Source: Candidatus Nomurabacteria bacterium
GTDB lineage: Bacteria; Patescibacteriota; Minisyncoccia; Phycocordibacterales; CALRBL01
Direction of reading: 5' to 3'
Length of the DNA stretch: 64,000 nt
NCBI GenBank assembly: GCA_963834935.1
Contig: CAWIDS010000001.1
Coordinates: 301,500-365,499, forward strand
The notes under the pieces are model-generated. The model searched no databases. It was not told the DNA's origin and saw only the letters and a program-made list of their open reading frames with translations. The stretch's first letter is position 1, and every line of letters starts with the position of its first letter. Made by a program: the position numbers and the translations under genes. This document shows positions 19,602 to 29,212 of this stretch, in pieces.

Positions 19602-20948
19602 TTACAAGAGGAGTTTCAACTCCTCTATTTCTTGAAGAAGGGTTCCGTCAACCTTCAGATCCTTTTTAATCTTGTCGCAAGAATGTATTACGGTGGTGTG
19701 ATCCCTTCCTCCTAATTTCTGTCCGATTGAAGGGTAAGATATGTTGAATATCTCTCTCAGAAGGTACATAAGCACTTGTCGTGGTTTAACCACTTCTTTT
19801 TTTCTTGATTTATCATAAATGCTTTCTTCCTCAATATTGTAAAAGCCAGAGACTATTTTAGTGACTTCTTTGATTGAGAGGTTCTTTACTGGCCTTTTAT
19901 TCACTTTTATAAGATTCTTTATCTCATTAAGCAACGGTTCTTTTCCTTTCGTCTCCATATAATGGACGATATTGTTGAAAGCCCCCTCAATTTCGCGGAT
20001 ATTACCTTCTATGTTGGCGGCAACAAACTCGATTATGGGGGTGCTAAGGGAAATGTTGTTCATCAAAGCCTTCTTTTTGACTATTTCAAGGCGTGATTCG
20101 TAATCAGGTTCAGGAATATCAACGATCATTCCAGCCACAAAGCGTGATTTAAGGCGATTTTCAAGGTTTGGTATGTAATTAGGATGAATATCCGAAGAAA
20201 AGATGATTTGTTTGTTGTTGTCATAGAGATAATTAAACAAATGGAAGAGTTCTTCTTGGGTTTTCTCCTTGCTGAAGAGGAATTGGATGTCATCCATAAT
20301 AAAGACATCGTATTTGCGGTATTTTTCCTTGAAAAAATGCATTTTATTCGCTTGGAGACAGTCGACCATCTCTTGGGAGAAGCGTTCTGAGGTAATATAG
20401 AATATTTTTTTTACCGATCCGGTGCTTTTTATGTGATTTCCGACTGCTTGCATGATGTGTGTCTTGCCCAAACCTGTCTTTCCATAGATGAAGAGAGGGT
20501 TGTAAGCTACTGGCTTGTTTATTATTGCTTGGCAAGCAGAGTAAGCGAGCTCGTTGAATGGCCCTACGACAAAAGTATCAAAAGTGTAACGTGGATTGAG
20601 ATTATCCTCCTTATTTACTGCTAATTTATCCAAAGGAAGCTCTCTTGTGTTTTTTGGTTGGGAGTTTTCTTTCTTTATTGAAGAGGCAAGCTCACTCTTT
20701 TGCTTGTCTGACACTGCATAAACAATAGAGCGCACGGATGGATCAAGATTTCGGAGAAGCTTCAGGAAAATATTGTTGTATTTATCCACAAGCCATGAAA
20801 TAACAAACGGATTAGGTACTCCAATGGTGATAACCCCCTCTTCCCTCTTTAGAATATGGGTATCTTTAAACCAAGTGTTGAATGAACCGAGAGATACAGA
20901 CAATTCTATTTCAACCAAAACGCTTTCCCATAGTTTTTTATCGTCCAT
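19602..20948 (-). CDS. dnaA: Chromosomal replication initiator protein DnaA
   Basis: 448 aa; AAA+ Walker [17 protein letters not shown]-terminal DNA-binding helix-turn-helix ([17 protein letters not shown]). Confidence 0.95.
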   Translation of the reverse strand: MDDKKLWESVLVEIELSVSLGSFNTWFKDTHILKREEGVITIGVPNPFVISWLVDKYNNIFLKLLRNLDPSVRSIVYAVSDKQKSELASSIKKENSQPKNTRELPLDKLAVNKEDNLNPRYTFDTFVVGPFNELAYSACQAIINKPVAYNPLFIYGKTGLGKTHIMQAVGNHIKSTGSVKKIFYITSERFSQEMVDCLQANKMHFFKEKYRKYDVFIMDDIQFLFSKEKTQEELFHLFNYLYDNNKQIIFSSDIHPNYIPNLENRLKSRFVAGMIVDIPEPDYESRLEIVKKKALMNNISLSTPIIEFVAANIEGNIREIEGAFNNIVHYMETKGKEPLLNEIKNLIKVNKRPVKNLSIKEVTKIVSGFYNIEEESIYDKSRKKEVVKPRQVLMYLLREIFNISYPSIGQKLGGRDHTTVIHSCDKIKKDLKVDGTLLQEIEELKLLL

Positions 20949-20966
20949 AATTCAAATAGTATATCG

Positions 20967-20975
20967 TTATCCACA
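20967..20975. promoter_or_regulatory. Perfect DnaA box TTATCCACA in dnaA/rpmH divergent promoter region
   Basis: Exact consensus 9-mer 19 nt upstream of dnaA start. Confidence 0.6.
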
Positions 20976-21026
20976 GGCTTGTCTAACTTGTGCATATCTT
21001 GCAAGTTATGTTATAGTCTTCTCACT

Positions 21027-21161
21027 ATGTCACGAACATACCAACCAAAGAAAAGAAAGCGAGCAAAGACCCATGGATTTCTTGTAAGGCAGAAGACAAA
21101 GACCGGAAAAAAGGTCGTAGCTCGACGCCGACAAAAAGGAAGAAAAAAGCTAGCTGTTTAG
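21027..21161 (+). CDS. rpmH: 50S ribosomal protein L34
   Basis: [30 protein letters not shown]... 44 aa from ATG at 21027. Confidence 0.9.
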   Translation: MSRTYQPKKRKRAKTHGFLVRQKTKTGKKVVARRRQKGRKKLAV

Positions 21162-21166
21162 ACTTT

Positions 21167-21478
21167 GTGTTCTCAAAAAACCAACGAATTAAAAAAGCCG
21201 ACTTCGAAGATATCTTAAAAAAGGGGAAAAATTCAAACAAACCCCTATTTTCGTTGGTTTTTTTGCCTGGAACAGGTTTGAGGTGTGCAGTTGTAGCCTC
21301 GAAAAAGGTCTCAAAAAAGGCTGTCATCAGGAATAGGAATAAGCGCCGGGTAAGGGATCTTCTTAAAAAAATCCTAAAAGAAAAAAATAAAGGCTCATAT
21401 ATTATCTTTATCAAGAAAGACCTTGCTGAAATTCCCCACCTTTCAATATCCAAAGAGTTGGAATCCATGCTAGACTAA
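21167..21478 (+). CDS. rnpA: RNase P protein component
   Basis: 103 aa, GTG start, basic protein directly after rpmH; conserved RNR-motif region (NRNKRRVRD). Confidence 0.8.
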   Translation: MFSKNQRIKKADFEDILKKGKNSNKPLFSLVFLPGTGLRCAVVASKKVSKKAVIRNRNKRRVRDLLKKILKEKNKGSYIIFIKKDLAEIPHLSISKELESMLD

Positions 21479-21488
21479 TCAACATCTT

Positions 21489-22217
21489 ATGTTCATAGCC
21501 ACCTTTTTCGGACTTTTTTTCTACAATCCACTTTACAACGGCCTTGTCTTGCTTCTTTCTTACCTCCCTTCTCCTGACATAGGCTGGGCGGTCATTATTT
21601 TTACCGCTTTCATCAAGCTTTTGCTTTTCCCTCTCTCAAGGCAGGCTGTCCGTACTCAGATGAAGCTTAAGGAGGTAGCTCCCGAGCTTGAAAGGATAAA
21701 AGAGCAATATAAGGATGAAAAAGAGAAGCAAGCCAAGGAAATGATGCTTGTCTACCAGAAAAATGACATAAATCCTTTCTCAGGATTCCTTCTCGCCTTG
21801 ATCCAGATCCCAATCATCCTCGCCCTCTACTTCATCTTCCTTAAGGGGGGACTTCCGGTCATAAATGCCAAGATACTCTACTCTTTCGTGAAGATTCCGG
21901 CCAACATAAACACTCATTTCCTTAATCTGATAGACGTAAGCAAGCCTCAGATAGTGCTTGGCATCCTCGCCGGCATCAGCCAATATGTACAGGTTCAGTT
22001 CTCAGTTCCGCCCATCAAGAAAGTCGATAACCCAGGCTTCAAGGACGACCTCGCACGCAGTATGAACATGCAGATGCGCTATATACTCCCCTTCTTCGTC
22101 TTCCTTATCTCATTCAAGGTCTCAGGAGCGGTCGCTCTCTACTGGATAACGGGAAATCTCTTCACTATCGGACAGGAATTATATATGCGAAAGCATCTAA
22201 AGAATAAGAAAGCTTAG
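21489..22217 (+). CDS. yidC: Membrane protein insertase YidC/Oxa1 (short form)
   Basis: 242 aa, 5 TM helices, conserved rpmH-rnpA-yidC order. Confidence 0.85.
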   Translation: MFIATFFGLFFYNPLYNGLVLLLSYLPSPDIGWAVIIFTAFIKLLLFPLSRQAVRTQMKLKEVAPELERIKEQYKDEKEKQAKEMMLVYQKNDINPFSGFLLALIQIPIILALYFIFLKGGLPVINAKILYSFVKIPANINTHFLNLIDVSKPQIVLGILAGISQYVQVQFSVPPIKKVDNPGFKDDLARSMNMQMRYILPFFVFLISFKVSGAVALYWITGNLFTIGQELYMRKHLKNKKA

Positions 22218-23410
22218 ATCTTGAGGTTCCAAAGGGTAAGGTCTCTCTTATTCATGAAAAGAAGGTAATCTTCGTCGGGAGAAAGTTTTGGATTGATCAC
22301 GTCGATTTGGACACCTCCCTCATTCTGGAGATTTGCTACATTGCTGGTGTTTCCAGTTAATGCGTCAATTGTCTCTATATTGTCGTTGAAGAAGACTTTT
22401 CCTTGATACCATACATCTGGATACACTCCGTTGGGAATGCTTGAGGTGACGGCACAGTAAGCCAAAGAAGGCATCTTTACAGACCATACGCATTTATCAG
22501 GTATCAAAGGACTTGAAAGAGGGTTTTCTACTCCTGTCCTTATATTCAATATGCCGGAAACCAAAATGTCATTCTTATTTTGCGAATAGATGGCGTATTT
22601 TGCATCAGGCGAGACCGATACCACAAGGCCGTTGCGGGCACTCAGAAGCTCTGTCATCGCTTTTGTCTTTATGTTATAGAGGTAGCTCAGGTTCTGAGTC
22701 TTTGCCGAAGGCGCAGTTGTCAGAAGAGCGATGCCGCTGCTTACCATCTGGACGTTCCATTTTTCAACAGCGCTTGAAAAGACAATGCTTTTCTTTGCTG
22801 GGAAGGAATAAAGTGATCCTTGCGCCCCATTCGGAGTGCTTTCGATGCCGAAATAGCTGTCTTTGGCTGGAGAAAGAGATAGTGAGCTTATTTCCGATGG
22901 AAGGAATATTCCAGTCGTCGAAGAATTGCTTATTGAGCCGATAAAAGTCTCTATTTTTTCAGTTGCATCGTCAAGCGTCCTGAAAATGACGTTATTGCCG
23001 CCCTTTCCTATGTATGCCTCATACACTTTGGGAATGGTAGTATTCGAAATCTTGCTTATAGCAAGGTTGTCCGGAGCAGTCTGGAAGATGTTTCCTGTAG
23101 CCCGATCGACGTATTCGATGCCAGTGAGTTTTGTGGTGAGCGTAATGAAGTCACCCCCCGCAACCGGCGTGGTAGTGATCTGTCGGAGTCTGGGAATAGA
23201 TGTTGAAGAGGTGCTTGTCGAGATTATTGCCAAAGTCGAAGAAGAAAGTATCGTGCCGGTAGTGTCTACAAGCTGTCCTGTGGCAGTTACTGAAGAAGGG
23301 GTGGGTTTTGATACTTTAGTATTAGTGAGATAGAAATATCCTCCGACAAGCGCCCCCAATACCAGTATGAATGCGATAAGGATTACGGCTGTAAGATACT
23401 TTCGTGACAT
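22214..23410 (-). CDS. Membrane-anchored Thr/Ser-rich protein with probable beta-propeller domain (hypothetical)
   Basis: 398 aa; N-terminal TM helix, long beta-rich ectodomain; first... last gene of the T4SS-like locus. Confidence 0.55.
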   Translation of the reverse strand: MSRKYLTAVILIAFILVLGALVGGYFYLTNTKVSKPTPSSVTATGQLVDTTGTILSSSTLAIISTSTSSTSIPRLRQITTTPVAGGDFITLTTKLTGIEYVDRATGNIFQTAPDNLAISKISNTTIPKVYEAYIGKGGNNVIFRTLDDATEKIETFIGSISNSSTTGIFLPSEISSLSLSPAKDSYFGIESTPNGAQGSLYSFPAKKSIVFSSAVEKWNVQMVSSGIALLTTAPSAKTQNLSYLYNIKTKAMTELLSARNGLVVSVSPDAKYAIYSQNKNDILVSGILNIRTGVENPLSSPLIPDKCVWSVKMPSLAYCAVTSSIPNGVYPDVWYQGKVFFNDNIETIDALTGNTSNVANLQNEGGVQIDVINPKLSPDEDYLLFMNKRDLTLWNLKI

Positions 23411-23442
23411 GTATATATTATATACTAAATAAAATTTTATTT

Positions 23443-24399
23443 TTATTCTCCTCTATAAAGTGGACCCCAATAATGATTCTTTTGTGTCCCAGTAATACTA
23501 CCTGTATCACTGATTTGATTTTTTAATATTATGATAGCTGCTTGAGTGTTATATTTAGGATCATCTATTATTTGTTGTGGAGTAACTCCGTATTTTGCTG
23601 CAAGGCCTTGCACTGCGTTATCTCCAACACTAAGAGAGTATAAACCTTCTGAAGAAAAGTTTGAACTGCCATCTTGAGAATGTGCCGTAGTATTATCACT
23701 TGGATTAAAGCCAGATTCGCTATTTGCAATATTTGCGAGCAAGCTCACATATCCCTGCGCTGTTACTGTCCCGTCTGGAAAATATTTTGCTGCATCTGAA
23801 GGGCTAAGGTTTAAAATTCCCGAATCTTGTATTTGTTGGAGCGTATAAGCATTCATATCTGTAGGAAGCCCATTTGCACCGTCTGTAGGAAAATCTGTGC
23901 CTGATTGGGTGCCGTCTGCTATGTCTCCGCTTCCGTCCCCAGGAGAAGTTCCATCCGAACCACTCGCCCCGACATTATAACCAACATTTGTTACTTGGAT
24001 CGGAATAGGTGTTACTAATACAGACGTTATATTTAAATTGCTTCCTATAAGCCTCGGATCGACGAATTTCAAGATGACATAAGAGCCTAATGCGACCAAT
24101 AAGCCGAGAAGGGCAGCATTGATACGGTCCTGGCCTTCGGTTTTTTTCCCCATCGCATCGCTCGACATGTATTCGATACCCCCAACGACGATCATGAGGA
24201 CCGCAAGCGCACTGCAAAGGGCGATGCCAAGGGCGTACATTGAATTCAGATATTGGCTGAGGGAATTGCTACTGCTTATATCTACAGGATTAGTAACATA
24301 ATTAGAAATAGGCGCTAAGGGCACGTAGCTTTGAGCAAGAGCGATGAAAGGAGAAATCATTATTAAAGCGAGGATTGCGAATAAAAGAGTTTTTTTCAT
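23443..24399 (-). CDS. TrbC/VirB2-like pilin fused to C-terminal SLT/VirB1-like lytic transglycosylase-like domain
   Basis: Signal peptide, then two hydrophobic helices separated by charged loop (YALGIALCSALAVLMIVVGG / INAALLGLLVALGSYVILKFV) as in conjugative pilins; C-terminal ESGFNPSD...EGLYSLSVGDNAVQGLAAKYG resembles SLT ES-x-FNP...GLMQ core. Confidence 0.45.
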   Translation of the reverse strand: MKKTLLFAILALIMISPFIALAQSYVPLAPISNYVTNPVDISSSNSLSQYLNSMYALGIALCSALAVLMIVVGGIEYMSSDAMGKKTEGQDRINAALLGLLVALGSYVILKFVDPRLIGSNLNITSVLVTPIPIQVTNVGYNVGASGSDGTSPGDGSGDIADGTQSGTDFPTDGANGLPTDMNAYTLQQIQDSGILNLSPSDAAKYFPDGTVTAQGYVSLLANIANSESGFNPSDNTTAHSQDGSSNFSSEGLYSLSVGDNAVQGLAAKYGVTPQQIIDDPKYNTQAAIIILKNQISDTGSITGTQKNHYWGPLYRGE

Positions 24400-24400
24400 A

Positions 24401-25429
24401 TTAGAAATTTATTTTTACCGATCCGGTGGCGCCTTGGAGGATTCTCGCTGAATTCTCGAGAATTGCCTCGATCACCGAGCTTCCCTTCTGGTTGGTTGAA
24501 TTCCTGAAAGTGGCATAGTTCTGATTTTCAGCCTGGGCAATAGGATTTCCGTTGATAGACCATGAATATTTAAGTGTCGGATCGCTTTTTAATACCGCGC
24601 TCGCATAGTATGGATAGGCGCCGACAGTGACTTCGGAATCAGTCATTTGGAAATCATTTGCTCCAAGCTCAGTATTGAAAAGGGTTCCGTACAAGGGATT
24701 TTTCTCATAGAACATCATCTCAGGCTCTTCCGGGGAAACTAACATCGAGCCTGTGCCGGTAATGCTTCCGTCCAAAGAAGATACGTCTACTTGCACCAAG
24801 ACGTCTTTTCCGAGGATGTCTTCAGTATAAGAAAGGGTGTTTTTACCGTAGCCAGAAAGGCTTCCCTGCACCGTGCCATCGATTGTCCATTTATAGATAA
24901 GGTTTTTAGGATTTACGCTTGCTCCGCTTGGCGTGAAGAGGTTAGGCATGGCTATGAAAGTGATATCCCCTTCCTTGGTAAAGATAGCCTTTCCTTTATA
25001 AAAAGGAGGAGTATAGCCTGAAGCTTCATAGATGATTGGAACTTCCTGCGAAGAAACGCTTGCCGTCTTTATGATGTCCGGGCTGCCGTCTGAAGGAGTG
25101 ATGTCGGCTGAGACGTTCTGAACGACTCCTTTATCCCCAGCTGTGACTGAAAAAGTGGTAAGGCCGGTATCTTGCTGGACAACTTTTCCGTTCACTGACC
25201 AAGAAATAGAGTCGGCGTTCAGGTCAGTTCCATAAGCAGCCAAGGTGAAGGTGACCGTATCGCCAGGATTAGGATTGGTCGGCGTCACGTCCAATGTCAC
25301 CTGCTGCTGGATGTCGCCTGATTGGATCGGATCATAACTTTGTGCTGAGCTTTTTTGTGCAAAGTAAGAGAAACATACGAAAGTAAAAACAATTAACAAA
25401 AAAACAAAGAGAATTGAACTTTTTTTCAT
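24401..25429 (-). CDS. Secreted beta-rich protein (hypothetical, Ig-like repeats)
   Basis: 342 aa, signal peptide, repetitive Thr/Ser/Gly-rich beta-sandwich-like segments. Confidence 0.55.
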   Translation of the reverse strand: MKKSSILFVFLLIVFTFVCFSYFAQKSSAQSYDPIQSGDIQQQVTLDVTPTNPNPGDTVTFTLAAYGTDLNADSISWSVNGKVVQQDTGLTTFSVTAGDKGVVQNVSADITPSDGSPDIIKTASVSSQEVPIIYEASGYTPPFYKGKAIFTKEGDITFIAMPNLFTPSGASVNPKNLIYKWTIDGTVQGSLSGYGKNTLSYTEDILGKDVLVQVDVSSLDGSITGTGSMLVSPEEPEMMFYEKNPLYGTLFNTELGANDFQMTDSEVTVGAYPYYASAVLKSDPTLKYSWSINGNPIAQAENQNYATFRNSTNQKGSSVIEAILENSARILQGATGSVKINF

Positions 25430-25469
25430 CGCCTTAATTATATACCTATTTTTTTACAAAATCTAACCC

Positions 25470-26324
25470 TCACAAAACATTTGCAAACTTATAACCTACA
25501 ATACCATTAAAAGGTCTTATACCCGCATTATGTTTATTCCAAGCAGCCATAAGCACCGGATCACTTTTATCATCGTTACTAATACTTCCATTTCTCATTA
25601 TATCTGCTGCTTTTGATAACTTTATATTATCCTCTCTTGTTCTATTCGATTTTTTATTTAATTGGTCTAAGGCATCATTGCTAGATTGCTGATATTCTCG
25701 CATTCTTTTATTTTCTGCTTCTGCTGCAAGGAATTCTCTTTCTGTGGTATTCCGGTCATTACGAATATTTAGTGTTTTAATCTCTTCTTTTTCCTCCTCA
25801 ACCTCTGATTGTTGGAGCTGTTTATCTTGTACTTGTTTAGACTGTTCCTGTTGCTGCCTATCTCGAACCATCTGTAACCGCGTCATTTTCTGCTGCTGAT
25901 CCTGCTGGACTTGTATCTGCTGCGCTTTTATCTGGACTTCATTCTGCTTTTCCCATTTCTTGTTGTTCTGAACGGCAAGCCACCAGTTGTAACAATGATC
26001 AAGGCTCCAGAATGGCAGTGCATCGAGGTCGGGGATTTCTTCCCCAAGAAAAGTAGCGACCATTCCTAGGACTTTCATGGTCATATCATCAGAACCACTT
26101 CCAACCTCTCCTCGTATCCATAGATAAAAAGAGTAGGATATCTCTACTCCAATATCTATAAAGCGGTTTATGATTACTCCCGATTCAAAAAAAAGGTCCA
26201 AAAGAAACTGAACAAGGTCAATTATTAGGAATGCTCCGAGAACCAAACCCCACTCCGTGTTGCTTATTTTGCTTTTGGTGATCTGGGCCATAGGTTTACA
26301 GCTTGCGAGCCATATCCTCTTCAA
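25470..26324 (-). CDS. Membrane protein with Gln-rich coiled-coil C-terminal half (hypothetical; start uncertain)
   Basis: 284 aa ORF, 2 TM helices then QQIQVQQDQQQ... coiled coil; immediately downstream of VirB4-like gene. Confidence 0.45.
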   Translation of the reverse strand: MKRIWLASCKPMAQITKSKISNTEWGLVLGAFLIIDLVQFLLDLFFESGVIINRFIDIGVEISYSFYLWIRGEVGSGSDDMTMKVLGMVATFLGEEIPDLDALPFWSLDHCYNWWLAVQNNKKWEKQNEVQIKAQQIQVQQDQQQKMTRLQMVRDRQQQEQSKQVQDKQLQQSEVEEEKEEIKTLNIRNDRNTTEREFLAAEAENKRMREYQQSSNDALDQLNKKSNRTREDNIKLSKAADIMRNGSISNDDKSDPVLMAAWNKHNAGIRPFNGIVGYKFANVL

Positions 26325-28117
26325 GCTCTGCTCGCGCTTTCTTCATTGCGAGGACTTGGGCAGGATCCGAGGTGATGATCTGGTCTTCTGTATACGAGGC
26401 GATAATCTTGATGGCAACATGCTTGAGGCCGGCGAAGAAGATTCCCTCCCCTACATCCGATTCAAGAAGAAGATATTTTTCCTCATCGGTTAGGTTGAAG
26501 GTTTTTTGCACTGCATCGATTGAAGAAGGTGATTGCTTGAGAAGAAGCTGGATCGAGGAGTTGGTGATGATCGGCAATCCGTAAGGTGATTTCAGGAAGT
26601 CCTCGACGTCCTGAGTAATGGTAGCAAGGCCGAGATAGTATTTTCGTCCTCGTTTTGCCAAGCCGAGAAGGAATGAGGCAGTGTCTTCTGATTTCATCAT
26701 CCACCATGCCTCGTCGATGACCAGAAGCCTTTTCTTGAGCTCTTTTCGGATGGCATTCCAGATGAAGTGGGTGACGATATACATTGCTACAGGCTTGAGT
26801 TCGTCTTCCATGTCTCGCACTGAGAAGACGACAAATTTCTTGTTAATGTCGACATTTGTCGGCTGATTGATGAAGCCTGCCCATGTTCCGCGAGTATATT
26901 TTGAGAGTTTTGTACCAGACATTCCGCTCCTTCCATTCCCGCAAGCACCATTTCGAAGTCGGACATCAAAGGCGGCTCGATATCAGTGAAATTCGAGTCG
27001 GGAGTAATATCTTTGAGTGCGTAAGTTTCGCTAATAGCTTTGTCGATGATGGCATCTTCTTCAGGGCTTAGTCCACCGAGCATGATGCGGAAAAGGCCGA
27101 CGAGGTTGACGATATTCGAGCGGAGGACGTCAGCATCTGATTCATCTGGCCGAGGATGAGGAAGGTCGAACGGATTGATGTGGTGCTCGGAGGTAGAGGA
27201 GATGTTGAAATAGCGGCCACCGGTAGCTTCAGCCATGTATTCATATTCCTTTTCAGGGTCGATGACGATGACATCGGCATCGAACATGAGTGTTCGGAGG
27301 ATTTCGAGCTTGGTAGCGTATGATTTTCCGGATCCGGCTTTGGCGAAAGTCACGGAATTGTAGTTTTCAAGCGAGAAGCGGTCGAAAAGGACAAGCGTTG
27401 AATTGTGGCGGTTGATGCCGTAAAGAATTCCTTTGTCAGAGGTAAGGTCGAAAGAAATGAATGGAAAGAGGCTTGAGAGAGCGGTGAAGAATTGAGCTTC
27501 GAGTGGATTTCCAGAAGGTCGTCTGCGATAGGTAGCGTGCTCTTGAAAGCCTTGTTCCTGCTGGAAAAGCGCGGGCTTGAGATAGACAAGCTTTGCTTCG
27601 AGGATTGATTTCATTTCCGATTCGATTTTATCGAGTTCAGCGCTCGAATCTCCATAAAGTGAGATATAAAGACCGACATCGAAGATCCTTTCTTGTGCCT
27701 GCTGCAGATCGTCGCGAAGCTTCTCAAGGTCTTGATAGGCAGTATCAAGCATCGGATCGCGGACCAAGCCCTTCTCTTCTCTGATGTGGATCTGGCTTTG
27801 CACTTCAGCGACTTTCTTTTGAAATTGGCGAAGCATTTTCGTGTTTCAATGGGATGGATGAAAATGGAAATATCAAAAACTTTGTCGAGGTTGATGATCG
27901 GCGAGAACCAGTTGTCGCTCAGATAGCGCGGATAAGAAATCACAAAGAAGCTCCTCACAATCTTGTTGCCGAGGTTTATTTCTTTCGAGCTAATTTTCAG
28001 CGCAGAAGGCGAGATGATATCTTTCAGGTCAAGCTCTTGGGACTGATAAAGCTCGCTTGGCAAGCTTGTCAGGTTCTCATTCTTTTGTTTTTTTGTAAAA
28101 ATATCGAGTAGTCCCAT
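26296..28117 (-). pseudogene. virB4: VirB4/TraC/CagE-family type IV secretion ATPase, interrupted by two frameshifts
   Basis: Three overlapping frames (27611..28117, 26787..27836, 26296..26922) that read through as one protein: Walker A AKAGSGKSY, Walker B LLVIDEAWWMM, GLATITQ; shift 1 at the T4 run 27837-27840, shift 2 near 26920-26945. Confidence 0.75.
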
Positions 28118-28118
28118 G

Positions 28119-28619
28119 TTATTTAGTATGAATCGGCTTCTCTATCTCTCCAGGGTTGAATGACTTGTAGAAAAGCTCGATCAGCTCCTCATTTTCAAGC
28201 TCAACCATCCTGATGCCGCAGCGCGTAAGTCCTTCTTCGACCACCGCCACCCTTTGCTCGAGCTGGCCGATGTTTTCTTTGAAAGTGACATTCTTGTCTT
28301 CGGCATTTCCTTTCTTCGGCCAAAAACTGGGGGCGTATAAGGAATCACTACAAAGAAATTCTTGGTCATGATATTGCTGCTTTCGGTAAGCGTCCTGACG
28401 AATTCGACATATTGCCTGACTTGGAGCTTCATCAGGTCGGTTGTCTGTTCCGTTTCCCTTTTTTCGAGTATGTCGAGATAAGGCTTGATGTTGGAGGCGG
28501 CGCGATTGGACGCATATTTGTACTGAAAAGTTCAGGGAATTGAGGAAATTTTGGAACTGGCCGATGATTGCCGCCTGCTCGTCAGATGATTTCAAAGCGA
28601 AGTTGAGTGATGAAGCCAT
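28119..28619 (-). pseudogene. Hypothetical ~170-aa protein upstream of VirB4, two frameshifts at homopolymer runs
   Basis: Protein-like translation switches frame twice (…NSLNF|QYKYASNRAASNIKPYLDILEK…VVIPYTPPVF|WPKKGNAEDKNV…ELENEELIELFYKSFNPG); junctions in TTTT and CCCCCAGTTTTT runs. Confidence 0.45.
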
Positions 28620-28746
28620 AACGATTGCCCTAAAGCGATCCGTATTCTAAGCACAACGAAATTATCTTTTATTTCCTCAATAGGGATGAATTCCTGAGTG
28701 GCTTTGGTTTGTGAGGCGAGTGACATATCGTGCTAAGTATACCCTA

Positions 28747-29196
28747 TTAGACTTTAATATTTAAGAGATCATTAAGGCTTTTTTCTTCTCCATCGTATTT
28801 TTTCGAAGCAAGGCTGCCTTTTATATCTTTTAAACTGCTTCTTCTTGTTGTAGGAATGGAGATGATAGCTGTCGGATCATATGACATGTCGATTTCCTTC
28901 GTGGGTACCGGCTTATTTTCTTTTTTCCAGATGTAAAGCTTGTTTTTGGTGAAAAAAAGCACGGCAGCTTGGACTTCGTCAAGGAATGGTCTGTTGTTAG
29001 GCTTGTAAAAAGTCAGGGCGACAAAGAAAGCAAGTACAGGCAAGGCAAGAGGGATGCCGATGAATGCGGGCGTCACGAAATGGTAGATGGTATAGGAAAT
29101 GCCGAGCCCTCCCGCAAGATAGATGAATTCCTTGAACGAAAGAGAAAAGAAAATCTTATCCTCGATCTCGATGAATTGTGGAACCTGGAACTTCAT
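28747..29196 (-). CDS. PrgI/VirB3-like small two-TM membrane protein
   Basis: 149 aa; MKFQVPQFIEIEDKIFFSLSFKEFIYLAGG... layout matches PrgI/VirB3-type proteins that precede VirB4 in Gram-positive-type T4SS. Confidence 0.45.
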   Translation of the reverse strand: MKFQVPQFIEIEDKIFFSLSFKEFIYLAGGLGISYTIYHFVTPAFIGIPLALPVLAFFVALTFYKPNNRPFLDEVQAAVLFFTKNKLYIWKKENKPVPTKEIDMSYDPTAIISIPTTRRSSLKDIKGSLASKKYDGEEKSLNDLLNIKV

Positions 29197-29212
29197 TTGG
29201 ACTAGTATAGCA

